Shown one piece after another: positions 19,880-26,853 of a stretch of DNA of 64,000 nucleotides. The position numbers and the translations under genes were made by a program. The number at the start of each line of letters is the position of its first letter. The stretch's first letter is position 1. This DNA comes from a virus. Location of the stretch: IMG/VR virus record IMGVR_UViG_3300027749_000058, positions 32,001-96,000 of that record; one strand, given 5' to 3'. The notes beneath the pieces were generated by a model. The model had not been told where the DNA came from. It saw nothing but the letters and a program-made list of their open reading frames with translations, and searched no databases.

Positions 19880-20227
19880 ATGGCTCATCCAAACTTACAC
19901 GCAAAATCATCCGCAAAAAAATTTGGTGGAAAACCTGAAGATTATATCCATTTACATGAATGGTTAGATGAAACCAAGTCTTGGTTTGGAGATTCTTTAC
20001 ACAGGATGTTTAGACACCATAGTGAAGGTATTTTTGAGATGGAGAAAAGGTTTGGATCAGAATTTAAAAATAGTGATGGAAAGATAGTTTATACCAGATA
20101 TGTGGGAGAACAGCATGTGAAAGAAGATTGTAATAATTATATTCCATCCGCAAAAGAATATATTAATAATATCTCAACAAATCAGCGTCCTCAATGGATG
20201 ACGAGAACACTTAAACTGGAAGACTAA
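19880..20227 (+). CDS. DUF6915-like protein
   Basis: MAHPxxHAKSSAKKFGGKPEDY..H.WLDETK...HRMFRHHSEGIF...GEQHVKED. Confidence 0.7.
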   Translation: MAHPNLHAKSSAKKFGGKPEDYIHLHEWLDETKSWFGDSLHRMFRHHSEGIFEMEKRFGSEFKNSDGKIVYTRYVGEQHVKEDCNNYIPSAKEYINNISTNQRPQWMTRTLKLED

Positions 20228-20238
20228 TATTTATTGTT

Positions 20239-20967
20239 ATGAAAAGAGATGTTAATTCAATAAAGGTCTTATCACCTGACGACAAAAAATATTTAAAAAA
20301 AGTTTCCAATTATCTTAATTCATTGGGAATGCAAGATGGTACCATTGAACTTGATTTTAGTGGAGAACGTGTAAGATTATCAGATATAAATTGGAACAGA
20401 GAAACCCATTTTACAAATAACTATAGCGCAGAAATTCCTGATGGACTATTACCAATTCTTCAAAAGATAATAAATTATATTGATGTAAATGATTTATACC
20501 AACAACTTGATGAAGATGTAAACTATGAAAGAATAGAAATAGATATTGATACAAAAACAAAAGAAATATCTGTTTCTCATTTTTATTCATATTATGATAG
20601 GGGTAATGAAAATTCAGTTGAATTTGATTCCCAAGAAGATTTGGAACAATTTGATGGGTGGGTAAGTGATGAATTTGCAACAATAGATATACCTGAAACA
20701 GGAATATTAACATTAAGGTATAATGGTGGTGGTGATTCAGGGTATATTGAAAATTCATTTGAAGAAAATGGTGACGCTGTTCCTGCTGAAATTGAAGATT
20801 GGTGTTATAGAGCCTTAGAACAAAACTTCGGTGGGTGGGAAATTAATGAAGGTTCCGATGGGGAATTCATTTTTGATTTTAATAATTCAATGGTTACTTT
20901 AAACCATACTATGAATACAGAAGAAAATGCAAGTAATACTCTTTATGAAGAAAGTTTTGCTGATTAA
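20239..20967 (+). CDS. protein with DUF6878-like C-terminal domain
   Basis: YNGGGDSGYIE...GGWEINEGSDGEF. Confidence 0.6.
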   Translation: MKRDVNSIKVLSPDDKKYLKKVSNYLNSLGMQDGTIELDFSGERVRLSDINWNRETHFTNNYSAEIPDGLLPILQKIINYIDVNDLYQQLDEDVNYERIEIDIDTKTKEISVSHFYSYYDRGNENSVEFDSQEDLEQFDGWVSDEFATIDIPETGILTLRYNGGGDSGYIENSFEENGDAVPAEIEDWCYRALEQNFGGWEINEGSDGEFIFDFNNSMVTLNHTMNTEENASNTLYEESFAD

Positions 20968-21026
20968 TTTTATTTAATAAAAAAACAAAGTTTAGAGATT
21001 TTCGTATATATTTGTATTTATTAGTA

Positions 21027-21884
21027 ATGACACGAATTATATCACTTACTGAATCTGAACTTATGAACGTTGTGAAAACAATTTTGGAACAAGTTAATCT
21101 TAATGATTATATTGCAGAAGATTTTGTAGAAGTTTCTCTTCATTATTTTAGACCATGGATTAAACAAACTCACGGTGAAGAAATTGGTCAATATCCATTA
21201 TCTTTTTTGATTAAAAAATATTTGGATGAATTTTGTGAAGACAAACATATTGATTTAGGTAGCACCTATTATTCTAATAATTATAATAAATTGGCCGCGG
21301 TTGGTAAATTAATTGTAAAAAAAGGACTTCATGAATTACCAAGCATGAAACCTAAAGGATTATTCACAGAAAAATATAAAAAAGGTATTACAGCACTACT
21401 TGATCGTTTGGATATTCCTGATTATATGGAACTTAAAATTACCGAACCAGAACCTTATAATGTTAAAATAAAAACATATATTAAATTTGAACCATTATTA
21501 AAATCTGAAAATAAATTATCGTCATCATCGGTAATTACAAACAAGTTAAGACAATCTTTTCAAGATTATTTGGGAGTTACCTATGGATTGCCATCTCATG
21601 GAGAATTGAATTTATATATTGATGATACACCAGTATATCTTGGTCAGGATGAATGGGTTAAAAATGTTTTTAATAAAGAACTTAAGAAAAAAATTAAAGA
21701 ACTTCCTGAGGCAAAATCAGTTTTACGTTCAATTAAACTTGATGTGAGTCCATATTTATATGCCACAATAAAATTAGGATTCAATAGCAGTTCAAGATGG
21801 AATAGTCAAAAAGAATTTAAAGTAAAAGTTATTGACCTTTTGAAAGAAATGGGATACAATACGTCAATATTAAAAGTAGAATGA
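21027..21884 (+). CDS. late hypothetical protein
   Basis: ATG at 21027 after TATTTAT; N-terminus MTRIISLTESEL. Confidence 0.7.
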   Translation: MTRIISLTESELMNVVKTILEQVNLNDYIAEDFVEVSLHYFRPWIKQTHGEEIGQYPLSFLIKKYLDEFCEDKHIDLGSTYYSNNYNKLAAVGKLIVKKGLHELPSMKPKGLFTEKYKKGITALLDRLDIPDYMELKITEPEPYNVKIKTYIKFEPLLKSENKLSSSSVITNKLRQSFQDYLGVTYGLPSHGELNLYIDDTPVYLGQDEWVKNVFNKELKKKIKELPEAKSVLRSIKLDVSPYLYATIKLGFNSSSRWNSQKEFKVKVIDLLKEMGYNTSILKVE

Positions 21885-21992
21885 TTAAAACAATTAAATC
21901 CCTTTTATAGGGATTTTTTATTTGTATTTATCAATAAAACCCTTATCTTTGTGGAAGAAATTACTCACCTATAATCTAAAGGTGGGGAATAC

Positions 21993-22092
21993 GGTTCGGT
22001 AGCTCAGCTGGATAGTAGCGACAGCCTTCTTGGTCTATATTTTAGTATTACCAAGAAGCTGTAGGTCATTGGTTCGAATCCAATCCGGATCA
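21993..22092 (+). tRNA. tRNA-Arg(UCU) with a 25-nt insertion in the anticodon loop
   Basis: ACAGC-CTTCT[tggtctatattttagtattaccaag]AA-GCTGT; near-normal D arm, GTTCGAATC T arm, GGTTCGG/CCGGATC acceptor. Confidence 0.85.
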
Positions 22093-22143
22093 CAAATGGA
22101 AATAATATTTTTTTAATCCATTTAAATATATTTATTATCTTTG

Positions 22144-22229
22144 TTTTGTGATTGAAGACAACCTATTTAGATACAATCGGTCACAAAATTACGGGAAGGG
22201 ACAACAATTTAGATACCCTTCCTGTTTTA
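22144..22229 (+). ncRNA. putative two-hairpin small RNA with a repeated loop motif
   Basis: TATCTTTG promoter at 22136-22143; two hairpins with GACAAC(CT/A)ATTTAGATAC in both loops; T-tract at the end. Confidence 0.55.
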
Positions 22230-22634
22230 TTTACTCAAAATGAATTGGTCTTGAGCAGTTAATAATCCAAAATTTTCAGATGATGGAAAAATTGTAAGAA
22301 TAAATAATGACCAGTAATTGTCGTCAACTATTGTCGCAAGAATCGCACAATCAATTTTTGATTCTTTGTCTTTAATGGCAAACTTATCTCCATCAATAAT
22401 ATATCCATTAATAATTGCTTCCGCAATATCTCTTTTATATTTTTCAATTACATCAATAATTTCTTGATTGGAAATAATTCTATTACTCAGTGCTTCCCTA
22501 CCAAGATTTGACCTATCTCTTGTGTGTTTTGATGTAGAAACGTCAAATCCAAATGTTACTTGGAATGTATCAGACATTTGGGCAATTTTTCTTTCAAGTA
22601 ATAGTGTTTCTTTAATAAGTTTTCTGAGGTTCAT
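22227..22634 (-). CDS. late hypothetical protein
   Basis: MNLRKLIKETLLLE; TATTTAT upstream on the minus strand. Confidence 0.7.
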   Translation of the reverse strand: MNLRKLIKETLLLERKIAQMSDTFQVTFGFDVSTSKHTRDRSNLGREALSNRIISNQEIIDVIEKYKRDIAEAIINGYIIDGDKFAIKDKESKIDCAILATIVDDNYWSLFILTIFPSSENFGLLTAQDQFILSK

Positions 22635-22645
22635 AAAAATAAATA

Positions 22646-22676
22646 TTTGACAATTCGAAGATATTCCCTATCTTTG
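22646..22676 (+). promoter_or_regulatory. Bacteroidota sigma70-type promoter of the leader / tRNA array
   Basis: TTTG (22646-49), 19 nt, TATCTTTG (22669-76). Confidence 0.85.
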
Positions 22677-22692
22677 ATATAATTATAATAAC

Positions 22693-22791
22693 ATGAACAC
22701 TACAATGCGTCATATAGTCTTTAGTAAACAACAAGAAACTTGTTGGTATCAGATTATGCCTTGTAGTTCAGATGGTGATTCTCAAAATTAG
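22693..22791 (+). CDS. attenuator leader peptide MNTTMRHIVFSKQQETCWYQIMPCSSDGDSQN
   Basis: 33-codon ORF just after the promoter with an A-rich 5' region; overlaps attenuator segments 1 and 2. Confidence 0.8.
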   Translation: MNTTMRHIVFSKQQETCWYQIMPCSSDGDSQN

Positions 22792-22817
22792 TTAATTCCT
22801 GATGTATATTTATATAC

Positions 22818-22860
22818 AAACCCTGAACGACAGAAATGAAGTTCGGGGTTTTTTATTTTT
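22818..22860 (+). terminator. attenuator intrinsic terminator (3:4 hairpin)
   Basis: AAACCCTGAAC / GTTCGGGGTTT 11-bp stem (one G-U), then a T-tract. Confidence 0.85.
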
Positions 22861-22861
22861 G

Positions 22862-22873
22862 GCTCTTTGAAAT
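22862..22873 (+). promoter_or_regulatory. boxA-like antitermination element
   Basis: GCTCTTTGAAAT resembles rrn boxA (GCTCTTTAACA); a similar AGTTCTTTAACAT precedes the tmRNA. Confidence 0.6.
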
Positions 22874-22896
22874 ATTGGTTGTATATTTGTAAAAAT

Positions 22897-22948
22897 GATC
22901 CTGTTGACTATCGGTTAGGTCATCAGGTTCCGATTCCTACAAGGACTA
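22897..22948 (+). pseudogene. internally deleted tRNA remnant, probably Glu
   Basis: D arm GACTATCGGTTAGGTC typical of tRNA-Glu; anticodon stem TCAGGTT joined directly to T-loop remnant CCGATTCC. Confidence 0.55.
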
Positions 22949-22962
22949 CAAAAATTAAAATT

Positions 22963-23178
22963 ATGAAATACGTTTTTAGAGGTCATGTTGTGTTTGAATA
23001 CAAACCAAATGATAAAAGAGATAAAGTGGTTCAAGGTAAGATTCATGATGCAATTCCAGCATTTGATTTTTGTCATATGATTCCTGAGGACTATAAATTG
23101 TTAGCAAAATTTTTCAACACAGTTTATAGGCATATTCAAGGAGAAGATGTACCTTTGGAAGATATAGAAGTGTATTAA
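22963..23178 (+). CDS. hypothetical protein
   Basis: ATG at 22963 after an A-rich region. Confidence 0.65.
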   Translation: MKYVFRGHVVFEYKPNDKRDKVVQGKIHDAIPAFDFCHMIPEDYKLLAKFFNTVYRHIQGEDVPLEDIEVY

Positions 23179-23179
23179 T

Positions 23180-23252
23180 GGTGCTCAAGCTAACTTGGTA
23201 GAAGCGAAAGACTGAAAATCTTTAGGACTCGGCTCGGAACCGAGGAGTACCA
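23180..23252 (+). tRNA. tRNA-Phe(GAA), atypical T-loop
   Basis: AAAGA-CTGAAAA-TCTTT; T arm CTCGG-CTCGGAA-CCGAG. Confidence 0.88.
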
Positions 23253-23327
23253 CGGAGTCCCGAAATAACGGGAAACCCCCACTCCCATATGGCAGCCAGT
23301 CCGTTAACCTGGTGAAGTGGGGTAGGA

Positions 23328-23429
23328 TGTTAAGTAGTGGATATGTAAGCGGGCTCAAGCTCGGTAAGTCAAAAAGGTTATGACGCTCTTTACGAGACCA
23401 CGTTGTCGGTTCGAGTCCGACCTTAACAA
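23328..23429 (+). ncRNA. tRNA-like RNA without a canonical anticodon arm
   Basis: TGTTAAG/CTTAACA acceptor, GTCGG-TTCGAGT-CCGAC T arm, GTGG/CCAC stem enclosing three small hairpins. Confidence 0.65.
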
Positions 23430-23502
23430 CAAAGACATCAACGGAGTATATTCACACTTAGGAAACTATGTAATGGTCAAAATTCTAATGATGTCTTTAA
23501 AT

Positions 23503-23584
23503 AGTCAGGTGGCGGAATGTTAGACGCAATAAGGTTGTTCCTACCCGAAAAGGAGCTTACAGGTTCGAATCCTTGTCCTGATTA
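23503..23584 (+). ncRNA. tRNA-like RNA with Leu-type D arm and no canonical anticodon loop
   Basis: AGTCAGG/CCTGATT acceptor, GCGGAATGTTAGACGC D arm, GTTCGAATC T-loop, irregular middle stem. Confidence 0.6.
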
Positions 23585-23591
23585 CAAAATT

Positions 23592-23665
23592 GACTTCGTA
23601 GCTCAGTTGGTTAGAGCACTTCACTTTTAATGAAGGAGTCCCGAGTTCGAATCTCGGCGGGGTCA
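23592..23665 (+). tRNA. tRNA-Lys(UUU)
   Basis: CTTCA-CTTTTAA-TGAAG; canonical D and T arms. Confidence 0.95.
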
Positions 23666-23681
23666 CAAAAAAAAATATGTT

Positions 23682-23915
23682 ATGAAAGCAGTTTTAGAAT
23701 TTAATTTACCTGATGACCAACAGGATTTTGACTTGGCAACTAAAGGTTTGAAATTTTGGTCTGTGTTGTGGGAATTAGACCAGTCTTTAAGGGCTAAGAC
23801 AAAATATGCGTCTGATGATTTACCACAAGATAAGTATGATGCTTATCAAGAAATTAGAGATGAACTTCGTGAGTTAATGTCAGATAATAATCTTAGTTTT
23901 GATATGGTTCATTAA
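23682..23915 (+). CDS. hypothetical phage protein
   Basis: MKAVLEFNLPDD, 77 aa. Confidence 0.7.
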   Translation: MKAVLEFNLPDDQQDFDLATKGLKFWSVLWELDQSLRAKTKYASDDLPQDKYDAYQEIRDELRELMSDNNLSFDMVH

Positions 23916-23931
23916 TAAAAAAACATATATT

Positions 23932-24147
23932 ATGGAAAGAACATTTAATAGTGATGAGCTGTCTTGGATTGCATTTAGTTTACTAGAATATAGTCGCTCA
24001 ATGGATTATGAAGGTGATTTAAGTGATTGTGGTAATGAAATTGGGCATATGGTTGGGAGTAAATATAAAAATATGACTGAGGGTGAGATTGAAGATTTCA
24101 TTACTGGAATAAGACATGGGATTTCATTAACAAATGGAACCCATTAA
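23932..24147 (+). CDS. hypothetical protein
   Basis: ATG at 23932 (MERTF) within ORF 23899..24147. Confidence 0.65.
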   Translation: MERTFNSDELSWIAFSLLEYSRSMDYEGDLSDCGNEIGHMVGSKYKNMTEGEIEDFITGIRHGISLTNGTH

Positions 24148-24152
24148 AATAA

Positions 24153-24224
24153 GGTCGGTTGGCCGAGTGGTTTAGGTGTTTGTCTGCAAAACAAATTAGT
24201 CCAGTTCAATTCTGGAACCGACCT
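24153..24224 (+). tRNA. tRNA-Cys(GCA)
   Basis: TTTGT-CTGCAAA-ACAAA; GGTCGGT/ACCGACC acceptor; U73. Confidence 0.93.
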
Positions 24225-24225
24225 C

Positions 24226-24375
24226 ATGACAGAAAAACAAATTAAACAACAGATTGAATCCATCCAAAAGGTGACAAAAGATGTCTGTAAAAGTAAAGAA
24301 ACCGCTCGTCAATTTTTAATTGACGCAGGAATTATTAAAGTTAAAAAAATGAAAAAGAAATTTGATAAGCATTAG
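24226..24375 (+). CDS. small basic 49-aa protein, not in the track
   Basis: MTEKQIKQQIESIQKVTKDVCKSKETARQFLIDAGIIKVKKMKKKFDKH. Confidence 0.55.
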   Translation: MTEKQIKQQIESIQKVTKDVCKSKETARQFLIDAGIIKVKKMKKKFDKH

Positions 24376-24390
24376 GTAAACACCTAATGT

Positions 24391-24597
24391 ATGACCAGAA
24401 AAGAACAAAAAATCAAACAGATGAAGCGGTTATATAACTACTGTTTCATCTGTAATAAAAGAAGTGGAAGTTGGTATTATGATTGCCATCCAAGTAGTTG
24501 GAAAATTAAACGACACGGAAGTGGAAAACCTATATATTTTCATAAACAAAGAGAATATCAAAGTTGGAAACATAATCGTAATACCCAATGGAAATAA
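24391..24597 (+). CDS. small basic Cys/His/Trp-rich protein
   Basis: 68 aa; CFIC...CHP; ends WKHNRNTQWK. Confidence 0.55.
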   Translation: MTRKEQKIKQMKRLYNYCFICNKRSGSWYYDCHPSSWKIKRHGSGKPIYFHKQREYQSWKHNRNTQWK

Positions 24598-24602
24598 AAA
24601 AC

Positions 24603-24673
24603 GCGTGTATGATGTAACGGTAGCATGAATCTCTCCAAAAGATTTCGTTCCTGTTCGAATCGGGATATGCGCG
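24603..24673 (+). tRNA. tRNA-Trp(CCA)
   Basis: AATCT-CTCCAAA-AGATT; GTTCGAATC. Confidence 0.9.
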
Positions 24674-24677
24674 CAAA

Positions 24678-24800
24678 GGTTGATTGGGGAATGATGTGTG
24701 TTAGCCTGTTGGTGGTATGGCCGAACACATCGGAGTTAAAACCAACATTAGTAATGCCAATCATAAAAGGAGATGTCCACTCAACCATCTTCTCCTTTCC
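24678..24800 (+). ncRNA. putative pseudoknotted ncRNA
   Basis: TGATTGG/CCAATCA, GATGTGT/ACACATC, loop TGTTGGT complementary to downstream ACCAACA. Confidence 0.5.
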
Positions 24801-24808
24801 TGTTTTTT

Positions 24809-24890
24809 GGGAGTATCGCCTAGTGGCAATGGCAGGACACTGTAGATGTCCCCTCTTTTGAGTTCGTTGGTTCGAGTCCAGCTGCTCCCA
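24809..24890 (+). tRNA. tRNA-Tyr(GUA)
   Basis: GGACA-CTGTAGA-TGTCC; variable arm; GTTCGAGTC. Confidence 0.93.
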
Positions 24891-24979
24891 CAAAAATGTT
24901 CCAGCAGTTCTCTGAATAGAGGACTATAAAGAAAAGAAACGATGCATAGTTTCACGATAGGAGGGTCACCTATCAAAAT

Positions 24980-25053
24980 GGACTTGTAGCTCACTCGGTT
25001 AGAGCGGCACACTCATAATGTGAAGGTAATAGGTTCGATTCCTATCTGGTCCA
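24980..25053 (+). tRNA. tRNA with CAU anticodon (probably Ile2/lysidine type; Met not excluded)
   Basis: CACA-CTCATAA-TGTG; lacks initiator features (no C1 mismatch, no GGG/CCC anticodon stem). Confidence 0.85.
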
Positions 25054-25257
25054 CACGTTCCGAAACACAACAACGGATAATATGCCCAATATGATGAGAA
25101 ATGGAGTGATGTCCGTATGGGAACCTACATTGGAGTGGATGGGGATAACTTCAGGGAATATCATCCCGACCTCGTTAGGACGAAATGATTATTTCTAACT
25201 TGCCTTAGCAAGGACAGCCAAGATACCTGTAGTTGAATAAAATAGGGTATCATTTAT

Positions 25258-25328
25258 TGTATAGTAGTGTAACGGTAACACAACTTCCTTTGACGAAGTT
25301 ATTTTAAGTTCGAATCTTAACTATACAT
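25258..25328 (+). tRNA. tRNA-Gln(UUG)
   Basis: ACTTC-CTTTGAC-GAAGT; U1-A72 acceptor TGTATAG/CTATACA. Confidence 0.9.
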
Positions 25329-25330
25329 CA

Positions 25331-25975
25331 ATGAAGAAAGAAATTATAAATAAGGATTTCAGAGAATGTGAAATACCTGAAGGATTGGTTATTACCGATC
25401 CACCATACAATCAAGGATATTCATATAATGAATATAAAGACACCATGAGTGAAGAGGATTATATTGAGTTACTCTCAAAAATCCCAACACCATGTGTAAT
25501 AATTCATTATCCCGAAGAAACCATTAATTTACTACCAAAAGCATTAAAGGCAAAATGCGAACAAGTAGTTTGTTGGGTGTATAACTCAAATACGGGAAAA
25601 CAAAGTAGATTGATTAGTTGGTGGGGATGTAAACCTGATTTTAGGAAGGTTAGACAAGAATATAAAAACTTGAAAGATAAAAGAATTCAAGCCAGAATTG
25701 CTGAAGGTAAAACAGGTGCTAAACTATATGATTGGTGGGAGATAAATCAGGTAAAGAATGTTAGTAAAGAAAAAACTGAACATCCTTGTCAAATACCTGA
25801 AGAATTGATTAAAAAAATTATATTAACCACCGCCAAAGAAAATCAAACAATAATTGATGTTTTTGGAGGTAGCGGAACAACAAGTAAAGTTGCAAGTGAT
25901 TTGGGATTTGATTCAATCAGTTATGAGATTGATGAAAAGTATTGTGAAATCATTAAAAATAGACTAAATAAATAG
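25331..25975 (+). CDS. DNA amino-methyltransferase (N6A/N4C, beta class)
   Basis: TDPPYN motif IV before HPCQIP and DVFGGSGTT motif I. Confidence 0.92.
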   Translation: MKKEIINKDFRECEIPEGLVITDPPYNQGYSYNEYKDTMSEEDYIELLSKIPTPCVIIHYPEETINLLPKALKAKCEQVVCWVYNSNTGKQSRLISWWGCKPDFRKVRQEYKNLKDKRIQARIAEGKTGAKLYDWWEINQVKNVSKEKTEHPCQIPEELIKKIILTTAKENQTIIDVFGGSGTTSKVASDLGFDSISYEIDEKYCEIIKNRLNK

Positions 25976-25981
25976 TTTTAT

Positions 25982-26053
25982 GGTGTTTGAAGCATTAAGG
26001 TGATGCACTAGTTTGTGGAGCTAGAAAAGACGGGTCGGTACCGTCCTTACACC
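25982..26053 (+). tRNA. tRNA-His(GUG), atypical T-loop
   Basis: CTAGT-TTGTGGA-GCTAG; G-1 and C73; T arm GACGG-GTCGGTA-CCGTC; two acceptor mismatches. Confidence 0.82.
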
Positions 26054-26089
26054 CATATTTTTTTTCTTAGTATCATACTATTTATATGT

Positions 26090-26551
26090 ATGGAAAAAAA
26101 AGTAACTCTAACCAAAGAACAATTATTCAAGGTGATGAACTTGAATGAGGCTGAAAATAAAAAAGAAAAAAATGAAACATCTGATGTTGTTGATATGATT
26201 GCAACATTACTTCATTCAAGAAGCCAAACTCATATTTTTCATTGGCAAACAAAATCACAATCATCATTTGCTGAACATATGGCATTAGGAACTTATTATG
26301 ATGAAATTGTTGGACTAATTGATGGTATTGTTGAAAGTTATCAAGGAAAATATGAAATAATTACAGGATACAAAACAGTTGAAATGGTTGATTACAAATC
26401 AACAGAACAATTAATAAGTTACTTTAGAGAATTAGATAGCAATATTGAAAAAAATAGAAAGGGGATTAAAGAATCTTATATTCAAAATCAAATTGACGGA
26501 CTTCAAGAGTTAATTTTTTCTACATTATATAAATTAAGATTCTTGAAATAA
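26090..26551 (+). CDS. ferritin/Dps-like protein (DUF5856-like)
   Basis: HIFHWQT...AEHMALGTYYD...DGIVESYQG...LYKLRFL; ATG after TATTTATA at 26079. Confidence 0.75.
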   Translation: MEKKVTLTKEQLFKVMNLNEAENKKEKNETSDVVDMIATLLHSRSQTHIFHWQTKSQSSFAEHMALGTYYDEIVGLIDGIVESYQGKYEIITGYKTVEMVDYKSTEQLISYFRELDSNIEKNRKGIKESYIQNQIDGLQELIFSTLYKLRFLK

Positions 26552-26573
26552 GAATTAATTATTAAATAATTGA

Positions 26574-26610
26574 AAATCCCTCTAAATTAGTTGTTTAGGG
26601 GGATTTTTTA
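26574..26610 (+). terminator. intrinsic terminator
   Basis: AAATCCCTCTAAA...TTTAGGGGGATTTTTT. Confidence 0.75.
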
Positions 26611-26625
26611 TATATTTGTATTCAG

Positions 26626-26770
26626 AGAGACAGAGAAGTTCTACAGAAGTAGATAGGGCGTCGCATAATATCGGGGTGGAACACAGGGTTCCTATACGTG
26701 ATGTAACCCGAGCCGTAAACCATTGTTATCCTTGTGATGACCGAATAAATAATCGGTTGGTTCTGTCTCT
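26626..26770 (+). ncRNA. putative structured ncRNA of about 145 nt
   Basis: Follows TATATTTG (26611); closed by AGAGACAGA/TCTGTCTCT; several internal hairpins; GC-rich; no ORF. Confidence 0.55.
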
Positions 26771-26776
26771 TTTTAT

Positions 26777-26848
26777 TGAAACGTAATTCAGTGGTAGAAT
26801 GCTATTCTGATACGATAGTCGTCGGCGGTTCGAATCCGCCCGTTTCAA
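26777..26848 (+). tRNA. tRNA-Ile(GAU)
   Basis: CTATT-CTGATAC-GATAG; GGCGG-TTCGAAT-CCGCC. Confidence 0.9.
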
Positions 26849-26853
26849 CATTC

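Noticed and set aside
24558-25012. Track ORFs 24558..24893, 24625..24861 and 24761..25012
   Set aside because: They overlap tRNA-Trp, tRNA-Tyr, tRNA(CAU) and structured RNA, and are artefacts of GC-rich RNA genes.
25085-25190. Hammerhead ribozyme (ATGATGAG and GGACGAAA fragments)
   Set aside because: No CUGANGA core with correctly arranged stems I-III could be built.
26626-26770. Minimal RNase P RNA
   Set aside because: GAGAAGTT only weakly resembles the P4 signature and the complementary P4 strand is missing; kept as an unknown ncRNA.
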